Counted from the first letter of the stretch, positions 1 to 9,145 are shown. The stretch: 32,000 nucleotides of DNA from Erysipelothrix larvae (GCF_001545095.1 NZ_CP013213.1:2250001-2282000), one strand, 5' to 3'. A program made the numbers and translations. The notes: generated by a model not told the origin, from the sequence alone.

Positions 1-667
1 CACGTCCAGAACCTGGTGCAGCATACCCAATGTTACCTCCAGAAACAATAACTCCCATCACTGTGTCAGTTCCATTGTAGGCTTTATTCACAGATTCAAT
101 GGCATCATCAAAGTCTGAGACAAGCTTATTGGCTTCTAACTCTTTACTAAAGATCTTACCCAAAGCAATTGTTGAATCTTTAAGACCATTCACTAAGTTT
201 TTACCCGGCGTCGCTGCGTCTTTGGAAACATCAAAACTAAAATCAACAACTGCTGCATTGGGTACGAGTTCTTTAATTTGATCATAATAGCTCGCAAAGC
301 GTTGTCCAACAATTACAAGATCTGGATTGACAGCTGCAATAATCTCAAGGTTTGGTTCTCGATGATTTCCAATATTTTGCACAGACTCATCCAAAACATA
401 GGTTGAGTCAGAAGGCATCACATCTTTAGGTGCCGCTTTAAGCTCAATCTTCCAATCTGACAAGGTCTCGAAGGTTCTGTTATCAAGCGCAACAACACGT
501 TTTGGGTTTATAGGAACACTCACAACCCCATGAACATCTGTGATATCCACTGTTGAACCTTGACCTCCGTTTGAATTGTTCGCATCGTTTTGATTTCCAC
601 ATGCTGTAAGCATCATCATTAAAGATAACGCAATTAAAACAAGTTTCGATAATTTAAATTTTTTCAT
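1..667 (-). CDS. Iron-siderophore ABC transporter substrate-binding lipoprotein (FhuD/FatB, Peripla_BP_2 type); 3' end cut by window edge
   Basis: Absent from the ORF track because it runs off the window. My reverse translation from ATG 667..665 gives MKKFKLSKLVLIALSLMMMLTACGNQ (signal peptide plus lipobox LTAC). It continues with RVVALDNRTFETL, NPDLVIVGQRF and GGNIGYAAPGSGR, typical of siderophore-binding proteins. A GGAG RBS lies 5 nt upstream. Confidence 0.75.
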   Translation of the reverse strand, partial: MKKFKLSKLVLIALSLMMMLTACGNQNDANNSNGGQGSTVDITDVHGVVSVPINPKRVVALDNRTFETLSDWKIELKAAPKDVMPSDSTYVLDESVQNIGNHREPNLEIIAAVNPDLVIVGQRFASYYDQIKELVPNAAVVDFSFDVSKDAATPGKNLVNGLKDSTIALGKIFSKELEANKLVSDFDDAIESVNKAYNGTDTVMGVIVSGGNIGYAAPGSGR

Positions 668-718
668 GTATTCTCCATTCTTTTTTTTTACTAAAGGTAT
701 GCCTAAAATCACTGTGAA

Positions 719-748
719 ATTCTAACACTACTACCCTCAAAGTGTCAA
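719..748 (-). promoter_or_regulatory. Sigma-A-type promoter of the lipoprotein gene
   Basis: Minus strand: -35 TTGACA (748..743), 18-nt spacer, -10 TAGAAT (724..719), about 50 nt upstream of the ATG. Confidence 0.45.
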
Positions 749-820
749 TGAACACTCGATGAATAAATCACAGCTGATTATTGATATTATAGATTGTAAA
801 TAATTTGTTTTATGGCACAA

Positions 821-2128
821 TTATGTAAGATCAAGCAGTCCGTCGATCTCATCATCTTTATTAATTGGAATTGGTATGACTTTCTGTCCATCTTTATAGA
901 CCGCTTCAATTTCTTTAAGCACTTGGACATTTTCTGCAGGATTATCATTAAGAACGATAAAATCTGCACGCTTTCCAATATCAAGGTTTCCAATAAATTG
1001 ATCATTTAAGACACATGCATTGACACGTGTTGCCATATACAGCGCTTTATACGCCGGTACACCACCATATCTTACAATATGATCCAATTCTCGATAGAAA
1101 TTGTAATGTTTCACAAAAGACATCGATGCATCCGTTCCAACACCCACTGTAATGTCATGATCAATGGCTTGTTTAAACCCTTCCATCATTTCTTCATAGA
1201 TGCGTTTACCATTATAGTACACAACATCCGATAACTCCGTTTTTTCTTTATCAAGAAGTGCAAAAGGATAGGCTGCTGAGAATGTTGGAATCAACGCAGT
1301 AAACCCTCTTAATGCCTTCGGATTATTTTTAAATAACTGAATCATTGTATCATCCAGCACCGCTCCATGCTCAATGGTGTCCACACCCCCTAAAAGAGCG
1401 ATTCTAACACCTTCGCTACTTTCAACGTGTGCACTTACCATAACACCTACACGATGTGCTTCATCACAGATTGCTTCAATCTCTTCTAAATTAAGCTGAA
1501 GCCTTCCTGCTTCACCAATTCTTCGTGCATCAGTAACACCACTGGTGACACAAATCTTAATCCAATCAACGCCTTCAAGTAAGTTCTTTCGTACACTTTT
1601 TCGACACGCCCATGGTCCGTCGCTTTCAAGTGCTAAGTAGGGAGCTCCATGGCCTCCCTTAATACTGATGAAATACCCCGAAACATAAAGATTGGGACCA
1701 TCTCTATCTCCATTTATAATTTCATCACGCAGCGTCACATCTTGATATTGAAATTCCCCCACTGATCTTAGGGTTGTGACACCCGATTGGAGTTGCGTAT
1801 GTGCATTCTTATGCATTGTATTTCGGATATAATTCTTGCCGACTTTTGTTTTTAAGAAGCGATTTAACACTTTCATAATTCCAGGCTTATCTGAAACCGA
1901 AAGTCTACCACCACTTGAAAACAAGTGAACATGGGCATCAATAAGCCCAGCTAAAATATATTTATTGTCAATTGAAACTTCTACACAACTTGGTTCTGTG
2001 ACATTAATATGTGGAGCCATCTCTTTAATCAGACCGTGATGATCCACTAAAATATCACATAAAGTTACCGTGTATCCCGATTCATTGAGATCAATATAAT
2101 TACAGTTTCTAAACACAGTTGTCTGCAT
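821..2128 (-). CDS. Metal-dependent amidohydrolase family protein (PF01979-like), substrate unknown
   Basis: HxH motif (LIDAHVHL), candidate carboxylated Lys (DWIKIC), SAHVES, IEHG and GTDAS metal ligands in the canonical order. Start moved to M24 (MQTTVF) because GGAGGGGG lies 5-6 nt upstream of ATG 2128. Confidence 0.8.
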   Translation of the reverse strand: MQTTVFRNCNYIDLNESGYTVTLCDILVDHHGLIKEMAPHINVTEPSCVEVSIDNKYILAGLIDAHVHLFSSGGRLSVSDKPGIMKVLNRFLKTKVGKNYIRNTMHKNAHTQLQSGVTTLRSVGEFQYQDVTLRDEIINGDRDGPNLYVSGYFISIKGGHGAPYLALESDGPWACRKSVRKNLLEGVDWIKICVTSGVTDARRIGEAGRLQLNLEEIEAICDEAHRVGVMVSAHVESSEGVRIALLGGVDTIEHGAVLDDTMIQLFKNNPKALRGFTALIPTFSAAYPFALLDKEKTELSDVVYYNGKRIYEEMMEGFKQAIDHDITVGVGTDASMSFVKHYNFYRELDHIVRYGGVPAYKALYMATRVNACVLNDQFIGNLDIGKRADFIVLNDNPAENVQVLKEIEAVYKDGQKVIPIPINKDDEIDGLLDLT

Positions 2129-2225
2129 AATTCCCCCTCCTTTCGTATTAGCCATATTATACCACGCTTTTTCATAAGCGAATTTTATGCACAGCATTTC
2201 TCTTAAGAAATCAAGGATTTTTTAA

Positions 2226-2254
2226 TTGTAAGTAAGCATATTTTCCACTATAAT
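2226..2254 (+). promoter_or_regulatory. proBA promoter
   Basis: -35 TTGTAA (2226..2231), exactly 17-nt spacer, -10 TATAAT (2249..2254). The leader is too short for a T-box. Confidence 0.5.
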
Positions 2255-2282
2255 TCTATTAACTAAACAAGGGGGTTTTTTT

Positions 2283-3134
2283 ATGAATCGAACATCACTG
2301 AAAAATAAGCAACGGATTGTTGTGAAGATTGGATCGTCGTCGCTTACCCATCCCGAATCAAAAAACATTGACTATCGGAAACTTGAACGACTTGTACGGG
2401 TTCTCTCGGATTTAAGAAACCAAGGGAAAGATGTGGTATTGGTCACTTCGGGTGCACAAGTAGTAGGACGCAAAGTGATGAGTATGGTAGAAGATCCTTC
2501 TCACCTACCTCAAAAACAGGCTCTAGCAGCCATTGGACAAGCAAAACTCATGATGATTTACCAACGTTTGTTCTCAGAATACAATCAAAACTGTGCACAA
2601 GTCTTACTCACAAAACACAACCTTATGTTTAAAGATGGCATTCAAAATGCCCAAAATACGTTCAATGCACTTTTGAATATGGGGGTGATTCCTGTTGTGA
2701 ACGAAAACGATACCGTTGCAACCGACGAAATTGAATTCGGAGATAACGATACATTATCCGCTTTTGTCCTTGCACTCATTCATGCAGACCTTCTCATCAT
2801 CTTATCGGATATTGATGGTTTCTATACCGATGACCCTACTACAAATCCCAAAGCTTCCCTTATTTCTGAAGTAGAAAAAATCAATGACACACATTTTAAA
2901 ATGGGAAAAGATTCTTCATCCAGTGGTGTTGGGACCGGTGGTATGAACACCAAAATCAAAGCAGCAAAAATCGCGACAGAAGCGGGTGCGGATATGGTTC
3001 TTGCCAGCGGACATGATGTCTTTAACATTTACCGAATTGTTGATGGAGAACCTATTGGAACCTGTTTTAGTGCAAATCCACTCCCAAACTTTGACCTACT
3101 CAATTACATTAAAGGAAGTGATGCTCATGAATGA
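2283..3134 (+). CDS. proB: Glutamate 5-kinase (short form without PUA domain)
   Basis: N-terminal IVVKIGSSSLT, VLVTSGA, NENDTV and GTGGMxTK amino-acid-kinase motifs. RBS AAGGGGG upstream. Followed by and overlapping proA. Confidence 0.9.
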   Translation: MNRTSLKNKQRIVVKIGSSSLTHPESKNIDYRKLERLVRVLSDLRNQGKDVVLVTSGAQVVGRKVMSMVEDPSHLPQKQALAAIGQAKLMMIYQRLFSEYNQNCAQVLLTKHNLMFKDGIQNAQNTFNALLNMGVIPVVNENDTVATDEIEFGDNDTLSAFVLALIHADLLIILSDIDGFYTDDPTTNPKASLISEVEKINDTHFKMGKDSSSSGVGTGGMNTKIKAAKIATEAGADMVLASGHDVFNIYRIVDGEPIGTCFSANPLPNFDLLNYIKGSDAHE

Positions 3135-4353
3135 ACTTGGATACAATGCAAAAAAAGCAGCACACGATTGTCAACACTTATCAACAACTCAAAAGAATGC
3201 AATCCTACGTGATATGGGTCAAGCCTTAGTTGATAACACGCAAACGATTATTAACGCCAATAGAATCGATGTTTATAATGCCCATGATTCAAAAATGTCA
3301 CAACCACTTATTGATCGTCTCACACTCAATGATACCCGCATTCAAGCAATGAAAGAAAGCTGTGACCAATTGATCGAATTGGATGATCCAGTGGGTGTCA
3401 CACTTAATACAACCCAGTTAGAAAATGGCCTGAATATCGAAAAAATATCCGTTCCGTTGGGTGTAATTGGAATCATTTACGAATCCCGCCCTAATGTAAC
3501 ACTGGATGCCTTTGCTTTGTGTTTTAAAGCAGGCAATGCGGTTGTACTAAAAGGTGGTAAAGAAGCATTGAACACAAACATTACCTTGGAATCAATTATT
3601 CGAAAAGTGCTGATTTCGCACAACACCAATCCACATATCATCCAATTAATCAAATCAACAGACCGTGAGTCAACCCTTCAAATGATGAAAATGAATGACG
3701 CAATTGATGTCTTAATTCCACGGGGAAGTGCGGGATTAATTCAAGCAGTCATCCAAAATTCAACCATCCCTGTCATTGAAACAGGTGCCGGTAATTGTCA
3801 CATCTATATCGATGAATCCTATGATGAAACCCTCGCGCTTCAAATCATTGAAAACGCTAAACTACAACGATTGGGCGTCTGTAATGCTGCTGAGTCTTTA
3901 GTCATCCATCAAAAAGCGCACGCTATTTTACCAAAAATCATCGATCAATTACGTACGGTAACCTTTTATGGTGATTTGCGATCTATCAGCATTGATCCAC
4001 GGATTCAACCTGCTTCACAAGAGGACTTCTATACCGAATACTTAGATACTAAACTTTCTGTTAAGGTTGTTGATACCTTGGAAGAAGCCATTGAGCACAT
4101 CAATACCCACAATACCAAACACTCAGAAGCCATCATCACTACAAATCCATCCCATGCTGAAACATTCTTAAATGATATTGATGCAGCCTGTGTATATGTG
4201 AATGCATCCACCCGTTTTACGGACGGTTTTGAAATGGGCATGGGTGCAGAGATTGGCATCAGCACCCAAAAACTCCATGCACGAGGACCAATGGGTCTTA
4301 AGGAACTGACCTCCTATAAATATAAAATACGCGGTGAAGGACAGGTACGATAA
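3127..4353 (+). CDS. proA: Gamma-glutamyl phosphate reductase
   Basis: Aldehyde-dehydrogenase-type ProA motifs (IYESRPNV, NAVVLKGGKEA, CNAAESL, HSEAIIT, VNASTRFTDG). The track ORF starts at 2986 inside proB. ATG 3127 has AGGAAG 8 nt upstream and gives about 408 aa, overlapping the proB stop (ATGAATGA). ATG 3121 is an alternative. Confidence 0.9.
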   Translation: MNELGYNAKKAAHDCQHLSTTQKNAILRDMGQALVDNTQTIINANRIDVYNAHDSKMSQPLIDRLTLNDTRIQAMKESCDQLIELDDPVGVTLNTTQLENGLNIEKISVPLGVIGIIYESRPNVTLDAFALCFKAGNAVVLKGGKEALNTNITLESIIRKVLISHNTNPHIIQLIKSTDRESTLQMMKMNDAIDVLIPRGSAGLIQAVIQNSTIPVIETGAGNCHIYIDESYDETLALQIIENAKLQRLGVCNAAESLVIHQKAHAILPKIIDQLRTVTFYGDLRSISIDPRIQPASQEDFYTEYLDTKLSVKVVDTLEEAIEHINTHNTKHSEAIITTNPSHAETFLNDIDAACVYVNASTRFTDGFEMGMGAEIGISTQKLHARGPMGLKELTSYKYKIRGEGQVR

Positions 4354-4368
4354 CCTGTCCTTTTCTTT
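4339..4368 (+). terminator. Rho-independent terminator of proBA
   Basis: GGACAGGT (4339..4346) / ACCTGTCC (4353..4360) 8-bp stem, 6-nt loop, then TTTTCTTT. The stop codon lies in the loop and 3' arm. Confidence 0.75.
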
Positions 4369-4388
4369 GCCTTTGGATAAGCATATCC

Positions 4389-4418
4389 TTGGTATTTATT
4401 TCGAATTCGAAATATAAT
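4389..4418 (+). promoter_or_regulatory. Promoter plus 18-bp perfect palindromic operator of the mhq-like operon
   Basis: -35 TTGGTA (4389..4394), 18-nt spacer, -10 TATAAT (4413..4418). The perfect palindrome TATTTCGAATTCGAAATA (4397..4414) overlaps the spacer and -10. It resembles my recollection of the B. subtilis MhqR box (tATCTcgaAtTCgAGATa). Confidence 0.55.
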
Positions 4419-4441
4419 GAGGCTATAAGGAGGAATCTCGC

Positions 4442-5557
4442 ATGGTAAAAACATATGGCATTCACCATGTCTCATCAGTTGTGGGACATGCTCAAAAAGA
4501 TATCGACTTTAACGCAGGCGTATTAGGAACACGTCTTGTAAAGAAAACCCTAAACTTTGATCACAAAGAAAACTATCATCTGTATTATGGTAATCACGAT
4601 GGTTCCTCAGGTCTTATCACAACGTTCCCACAAGTAGACACGACACAAGGACGCGTTGGAACGGGGCAAGTGGGTTTTGTAACCTATGGCGTAAGACCCG
4701 ATTCATTTACCTTTTGGAAGCATCGTTTCAAACACTTTCACATACCGCATTATGAATATACACGCTTTGGTTCGCGTCGTTTAGCCTTCGAAGATCCTAC
4801 AGGTCTTGAACTTGAACTCATTGAAACAAAGAGCGGACCCGATAACAGGTGGTCATTCAACGGTGTTGCACCACCCAACAATCTCATCGGAATTCACAGC
4901 GCAACACTCTTCTCACGCTTTCCACTCCTCACAGAATCATTGCTTGTTGATTGCTTAGGATATGAAAAAATCGATGAAGACGATGAAATAAGTCGCTATA
5001 AAATTCACGATGATTTGGGTGGACTTCTTGAAATTAAAAAGAAATTAGGCAATGCGGGGACTTCTGGAGTTGGCGTTGTACACCATATTGCTTTCAAAAT
5101 CCTTGAAGAAGATCTCGAAGACTGGGTCAAAATACTCCAAGAAAAAGGGTACAGACCCACTGAAATCAAAGATCGAAAATACTTCAAGTCAATTTACTTT
5201 AGGGAAAAAGGTGGTATCTTAATTGAACTTGCGACAATGGGACCTGGCGTTCTTGTGGACGAATCACTTGAAACACTGGGTACAACCTTTAAAATTCCAC
5301 CGCAATTTGAACATTCATTTGACCTTGCTTCTGTTTCACTGATGCCTCTTGAAGTTAAATCCATCGATGCTTTAGGCAATTATGGCTATCGAAATCGGCA
5401 TGAATATGAATTACTTCAAACCAAACAGACCCTCAGGTCAAAAATCCAAACGCTCCTATCAATACAACGCAAGCGTACGTTAACACCTGATGAGCAAAGA
5501 CAATTAAACCACTACAAACAAACGGTTATAAATCTATCAAAAGGAGATCAATCATGA
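4442..5557 (+). CDS. VOC-superfamily ring-cleaving dioxygenase/glyoxalase (MhqA/MhqE/MhqO-like) with about 55-aa C-terminal extension
   Basis: Two glyoxalase/dioxygenase halves (GIHHVSSVV...LVKKTLNFD and VHHIAFKI...YFREKGGILIELAT). RBS AAGGAGG 7 nt upstream. Confidence 0.8.
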   Translation: MVKTYGIHHVSSVVGHAQKDIDFNAGVLGTRLVKKTLNFDHKENYHLYYGNHDGSSGLITTFPQVDTTQGRVGTGQVGFVTYGVRPDSFTFWKHRFKHFHIPHYEYTRFGSRRLAFEDPTGLELELIETKSGPDNRWSFNGVAPPNNLIGIHSATLFSRFPLLTESLLVDCLGYEKIDEDDEISRYKIHDDLGGLLEIKKKLGNAGTSGVGVVHHIAFKILEEDLEDWVKILQEKGYRPTEIKDRKYFKSIYFREKGGILIELATMGPGVLVDESLETLGTTFKIPPQFEHSFDLASVSLMPLEVKSIDALGNYGYRNRHEYELLQTKQTLRSKIQTLLSIQRKRTLTPDEQRQLNHYKQTVINLSKGDQS

Positions 5558-6558
5558 GCAATCTTAAACCACTTATTGGCATACACCACGTTACCGCAAT
5601 CACCAGCAGTGCAGAGAAAATCTACGACTTTTACACTCACATTCTCTCGATGCGTTTGGTAAAGAAAAACGTGAATCAAGACGACTTAACGTCCTATCAT
5701 TTATATTTCGCGGATGATAGAGGAAGACCCGGGACAGATATGACATTCTTTGATTTTAAAGGAATCCACCAACATCGAGTTGGGACCAACGATATCTCAA
5801 AAACAAGTTTCAGGGTACCAAGCCATGCAGCACTTGAGTACTGGGTTAAACGGTTTGATCATTATTCAATTACACACTCACCCATCAAACGTATTTTCGG
5901 ACGTCATTATATGACATTTGAAGATTTTGACAATCAACATTATGCACTGTTCTCTGATGAACATGTACCCGGTGTTGCTTCTGGAGAGCCATGGCATAAA
6001 GGGCCCGTTCCTGACGAATATGCGATTACGGGTTTAGGTCCAGTCTTCTTAACTGTTGATCAATTTGAGTACACAGATATCGTCTTAACACGGATCTTAA
6101 ACATGCGCCATGTACATCAAGACGGTGCTTTACACCTTTATGAAATGGGCAAGGGTGGGAATGGTGCTTCTCTTATTATTAAGGTTGATGAAACTTCAGA
6201 CTTCGCCCAACAAGGGTATGGGGGTGTACACCATGTAGCATTTCGTGTTGAAGACAAAAACCATCTTGAACAATGGGAATCCAAGCTTGATCAACTCAAC
6301 TTACCACACTCTGGTTTTGTAGAACGTTTCTACTTTGGCTCTGTTTACGTAAGACTCATTCCAAATATTCTTTTTGAATTCGCAACAGATGGTCCAGGTT
6401 TTATTGATGACCAAGAAGACTATGAAATCTTGGGTGAAACCTTAACCCTTCCGCCTCATCTTCGACAATATGAAGCATCCATAAATGAAAACCTTCATCA
6501 CTTTGACACGGTCAGAAGCAACAAAGTATTTATAAAGGAGACCTTTGATGAACACTGA
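5554..6558 (+). CDS. VOC-superfamily ring-cleaving dioxygenase (MhqO/MhqA-like paralog)
   Basis: GIHHVTAITSSAEKIYDFY...LVKKNVNQDD, then VHHVAFRVED...YFGSVYVRLIPNILFEFATDGPGF. The start overlaps the upstream stop (ATGA). RBS AAGGAG. Confidence 0.85.
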   Translation: MSNLKPLIGIHHVTAITSSAEKIYDFYTHILSMRLVKKNVNQDDLTSYHLYFADDRGRPGTDMTFFDFKGIHQHRVGTNDISKTSFRVPSHAALEYWVKRFDHYSITHSPIKRIFGRHYMTFEDFDNQHYALFSDEHVPGVASGEPWHKGPVPDEYAITGLGPVFLTVDQFEYTDIVLTRILNMRHVHQDGALHLYEMGKGGNGASLIIKVDETSDFAQQGYGGVHHVAFRVEDKNHLEQWESKLDQLNLPHSGFVERFYFGSVYVRLIPNILFEFATDGPGFIDDQEDYEILGETLTLPPHLRQYEASINENLHHFDTVRSNKVFIKETFDEH

Positions 6559-6979
6559 TTTAAAAGCATTGATTGTACTTTTCAAGGCCCATCAAAGTGT
6601 CTTGAACAAAGTTAAACAAACCCTAGAGAATTCCTCTTTGAACCTTAATGAATTTATGGTCCTTGAAGCACTCAATACAAAGGGTTCCTTAACAACACAT
6701 GAACTCGGAAGCACTTGTCTGATTCCAAACAGTTCACTGACCTACGTTCTTGATATCCTGGCACAAAAAAATCTAATCCACCGTAGGAAAAAAGAAACAG
6801 ATCGTCGCATCCAAACCCTTGAGCTTACACCTCAAGGAAGCCATCAATTCAATGTAATATACAAAGAACACTACGACCAAATGCGGACACTTTTCGATAT
6901 ATTAGAAGTACACGAAGAACAAGCATTAATCGATAGTTTAAAGAAACTTGGAAAAAAAGCACAGGAGGATATCTCATGA
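6548..6979 (+). CDS. MarR-family transcriptional regulator (MhqR-like by context)
   Basis: Winged-helix MarR pattern (LNLNEFMVLEAL...LTTHELGSTCLIPNSSLTYVLDILAQKNLIHRRKKETDRR). ATG 6548 has AGGAG 7 nt upstream. The track start at 6545 is a TTG. Confidence 0.8.
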   Translation: MNTDLKALIVLFKAHQSVLNKVKQTLENSSLNLNEFMVLEALNTKGSLTTHELGSTCLIPNSSLTYVLDILAQKNLIHRRKKETDRRIQTLELTPQGSHQFNVIYKEHYDQMRTLFDILEVHEEQALIDSLKKLGKKAQEDIS

Positions 6980-7572
6980 TTCATGTATTTGAACGGGGCA
7001 CCAATGATACACTCATCGTATCATTGCATGGAACCGGTGGCCACGCAACACAACTTTTCGATGTATCACGAATGCTTGATCCAAATGCGAGTTTACTTGG
7101 GCTTCAAGGTGATGTAACTGAGAACGGCATGACCCGATTTTTTGAACGCTATAGCGATGGGACCTTTGATACAAAGAGTCTTGCGAAAGCAACACAGGTC
7201 GTTTACGATACGATTCAAGATTGTATCAACAAAGAAAATCTCAAGGATAAGTCACTGATTCTCTTAGGATATTCAAATGGAGCAAACCTGCTTCAAAGTA
7301 TGTTGAAAACCTATGCCCTTGATGTTGATGCACTCATCCTTTTTCACCCATCCACGACCCTTAAAGAACTGCCATTTATCCCTCAAAAATTCCCTGTTTT
7401 CGCATCGTTTGGTCACAATGACTTTTACATCGATGAACACGGATTTAATGCAATTCTTGACCAAATGAACGCAGCATCCCTCAAAGTATCGGTTTTTACC
7501 AGTGAAACCGGTCATCAATTAACGCAAAATGAAGTTGAGAAAGCGCGTGACTTCATCCAAGAGCATATTTAA
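6976..7572 (+). CDS. Phospholipase/carboxylesterase-family alpha/beta hydrolase (MhqD-like)
   Basis: LHGTGG oxyanion region, nucleophile elbow GYSNGA, C-terminal GH. ATGA overlap with the MarR stop. RBS GGAGG. Confidence 0.75.
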   Translation: MIHVFERGTNDTLIVSLHGTGGHATQLFDVSRMLDPNASLLGLQGDVTENGMTRFFERYSDGTFDTKSLAKATQVVYDTIQDCINKENLKDKSLILLGYSNGANLLQSMLKTYALDVDALILFHPSTTLKELPFIPQKFPVFASFGHNDFYIDEHGFNAILDQMNAASLKVSVFTSETGHQLTQNEVEKARDFIQEHI

Positions 7573-7585
7573 AAATAAGCGCATG

Positions 7586-7615
7586 ATGTCTTTGACCCAT
7601 CAAAGATATTTTTAT
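7586..7615 (+). terminator. Terminator of the mhq-like operon
   Basis: TCTTTGA (7589..7595) / TCAAAGA (7600..7606) stem, extendable to 10 bp, 4-nt loop CCCA, followed by a T-run. Confidence 0.6.
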
Positions 7616-7704
7616 CGGCATTAATAAATCTTATCTATATTTTTTATATCAAAGCCTAAATACAATATTGAATCCCCTTTATCACCACAAATCGCAAATA
7701 TTAT

Positions 7705-7733
7705 TTGTAATATAATAGGAATTCGCATATAAT
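7705..7733 (+). promoter_or_regulatory. Promoter of the amino-acid permease gene
   Basis: -35 TTGTAA (7705..7710), 17-nt spacer, -10 TATAAT (7728..7733). Confidence 0.5.
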
Positions 7734-7743
7734 TCTCTTAATC

Positions 7744-7767
7744 AAAGTGCATGTTAATATGCACTTT
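7744..7767. promoter_or_regulatory. 24-bp dyad (operator or leader hairpin) between promoter and RBS of the permease
   Basis: AAAGTGCAT-GTTAAT-ATGCACTTT: 9-bp perfect arms, with 11 of 12 positions symmetric across the whole 24 bp. Followed by GTTTTT and then the RBS GGAGG. Confidence 0.4.
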
Positions 7768-7783
7768 GTTTTTAAATGGAGGA

Positions 7784-9127
7784 ATGACAGTGGAAAATCA
7801 GAAGCAGAAGTTTGGCCTGTTTACAACAATCTCAATGATCGTTGGGGTTGTTATTGGATCGGGTATCTTCTTTAAAACAGACGACATACTCATCGCCACC
7901 AATGGCAATGTTTTCTTGGGTGCGATGGTTCTTATCGTAGGTGCTATCGGGATCATATTTGGGGGGTTAAGTGTGTCAAACTACGCTAAGAAAACAAGCG
8001 AAGCCGGGGGACTCATCACATATATTGAACTTGCTTGGGGGAAAACAATGGGGTATCTTGCTGGATGGTTTCAAGCGGTGTTTTATTTCCCTGCAATTAT
8101 CGCGATTCTTGCTTGGGTAGCTGCGATTTATACCGGTCACCTCTTTGGAATTACAAACCCCTTTGATATCAGATTATGGATCATCTCGATCTGTGTTGTC
8201 GTTGCAATTTATGGCCTAAACATCATAAATACAATTGCAGCAGGTAAATTTCAAAATATAACCCTCGTCATTAAAGTAGCTGCATTGCTCTTACTATCGA
8301 CCCTCGGGTTTATTTTTGGTGACATGAGCAATATGGCAAGTGGTCCTTCAATCAATGAAGCACTGACTACAGGATTTTTCACAGGTCTTGTCGCAACTGC
8401 CTTCTCCTATGATGGATGGTTTGTAGCACCTGCAATTGCCCACGAAATCAAAAATCCTAAAAAGAACTTACGCAAAGCCTTGGTAATCGCACCCCTCATT
8501 ATTCTTGCAGTGTATCTCTTTTACTTTTTAGGGATCACCGCCTTTTTAGGCCCACAAAATGTGATTGATCTTGGAGATCAATCTGTAGGTGTTTTAGCGG
8601 AGTCAATGTTTGGTCCATTTGGAGGAAAACTTGTGTATATCGCAGTCATCATCTCAATACTTGGAACCGTTAACGGACTTGTATTAGGATACATTCGACT
8701 TCCTTACTCGCTCTCACTGCGCGGTTCTTTCCCAAAATCTGAGCAATTCGTCCATGTAAATAAGAAATATGATATTCCGATGAAGTCAGCATTCTTATCC
8801 TTAGTCTTATGTTTAGTTTGGCTGTCATTTCACGCACTGAGTGTCTTTGGTATTGAACTGGGTCCGTTACATTTCAGAGGTCTACAAATCGATGCCTTAC
8901 CGATTGTCCTTACTTACTTCTTTTACATCGCATTATTTGTCCGTCTCATTATTGATGAAATTAAAACCAAAGAACTTGGAATCAGTCATGGGTTTATTTA
9001 CCCAATTCTAGCATGTATTGGTTCATTATTAATAATTTATGGTGGGGTTACCCAAGAAGGTGCGCCTATTTACTTCGTGATTTCATTCATTGGAATCTAC
9101 GCTGGCTACCTGTTTATGAAACGATAA
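7784..9127 (+). CDS. APC-superfamily amino-acid permease
   Basis: About 12 predicted TM helices and an N-terminal FGLFTTISMIVGVVIGSGIFF signature typical of APC transporters. The track start at 7751 lies inside the dyad. ATG 7784 or GTG 7790 follows RBS GGAGGA (7779..7783). Confidence 0.8.
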   Translation: MTVENQKQKFGLFTTISMIVGVVIGSGIFFKTDDILIATNGNVFLGAMVLIVGAIGIIFGGLSVSNYAKKTSEAGGLITYIELAWGKTMGYLAGWFQAVFYFPAIIAILAWVAAIYTGHLFGITNPFDIRLWIISICVVVAIYGLNIINTIAAGKFQNITLVIKVAALLLLSTLGFIFGDMSNMASGPSINEALTTGFFTGLVATAFSYDGWFVAPAIAHEIKNPKKNLRKALVIAPLIILAVYLFYFLGITAFLGPQNVIDLGDQSVGVLAESMFGPFGGKLVYIAVIISILGTVNGLVLGYIRLPYSLSLRGSFPKSEQFVHVNKKYDIPMKSAFLSLVLCLVWLSFHALSVFGIELGPLHFRGLQIDALPIVLTYFFYIALFVRLIIDEIKTKELGISHGFIYPILACIGSLLIIYGGVTQEGAPIYFVISFIGIYAGYLFMKR

Positions 9128-9145
9128 CCTCCCTTCACATAAAAT

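Noticed and set aside
99-281. A 60-aa plus-strand ORF at the left edge
   Set aside because: It is antisense to the siderophore-binding lipoprotein gene, which has much stronger coding evidence.
690-712. TTTAGGCATACCTTTAG upstream of the siderophore-binding lipoprotein, considered as a DtxR/IdeR or Fur box
   Set aside because: Only about 11/19 matches to the DtxR consensus as I recall it, and poor internal dyad symmetry (5/8). Not enough to call.
2986-3126. N-terminal extension of proA in the track (start 2986), and likewise 13874..14008 for treC
   Set aside because: The extensions lie inside the conserved 3' ends of proB and treB in another frame. Internal starts with an RBS give canonical protein lengths.
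7695-7707. A 13-bp palindrome, CAAATATTATTTG, overlapping the -35 of the permease promoter
   Set aside because: It is composed almost entirely of A and T, so it is expected by chance in this AT-rich intergenic region.
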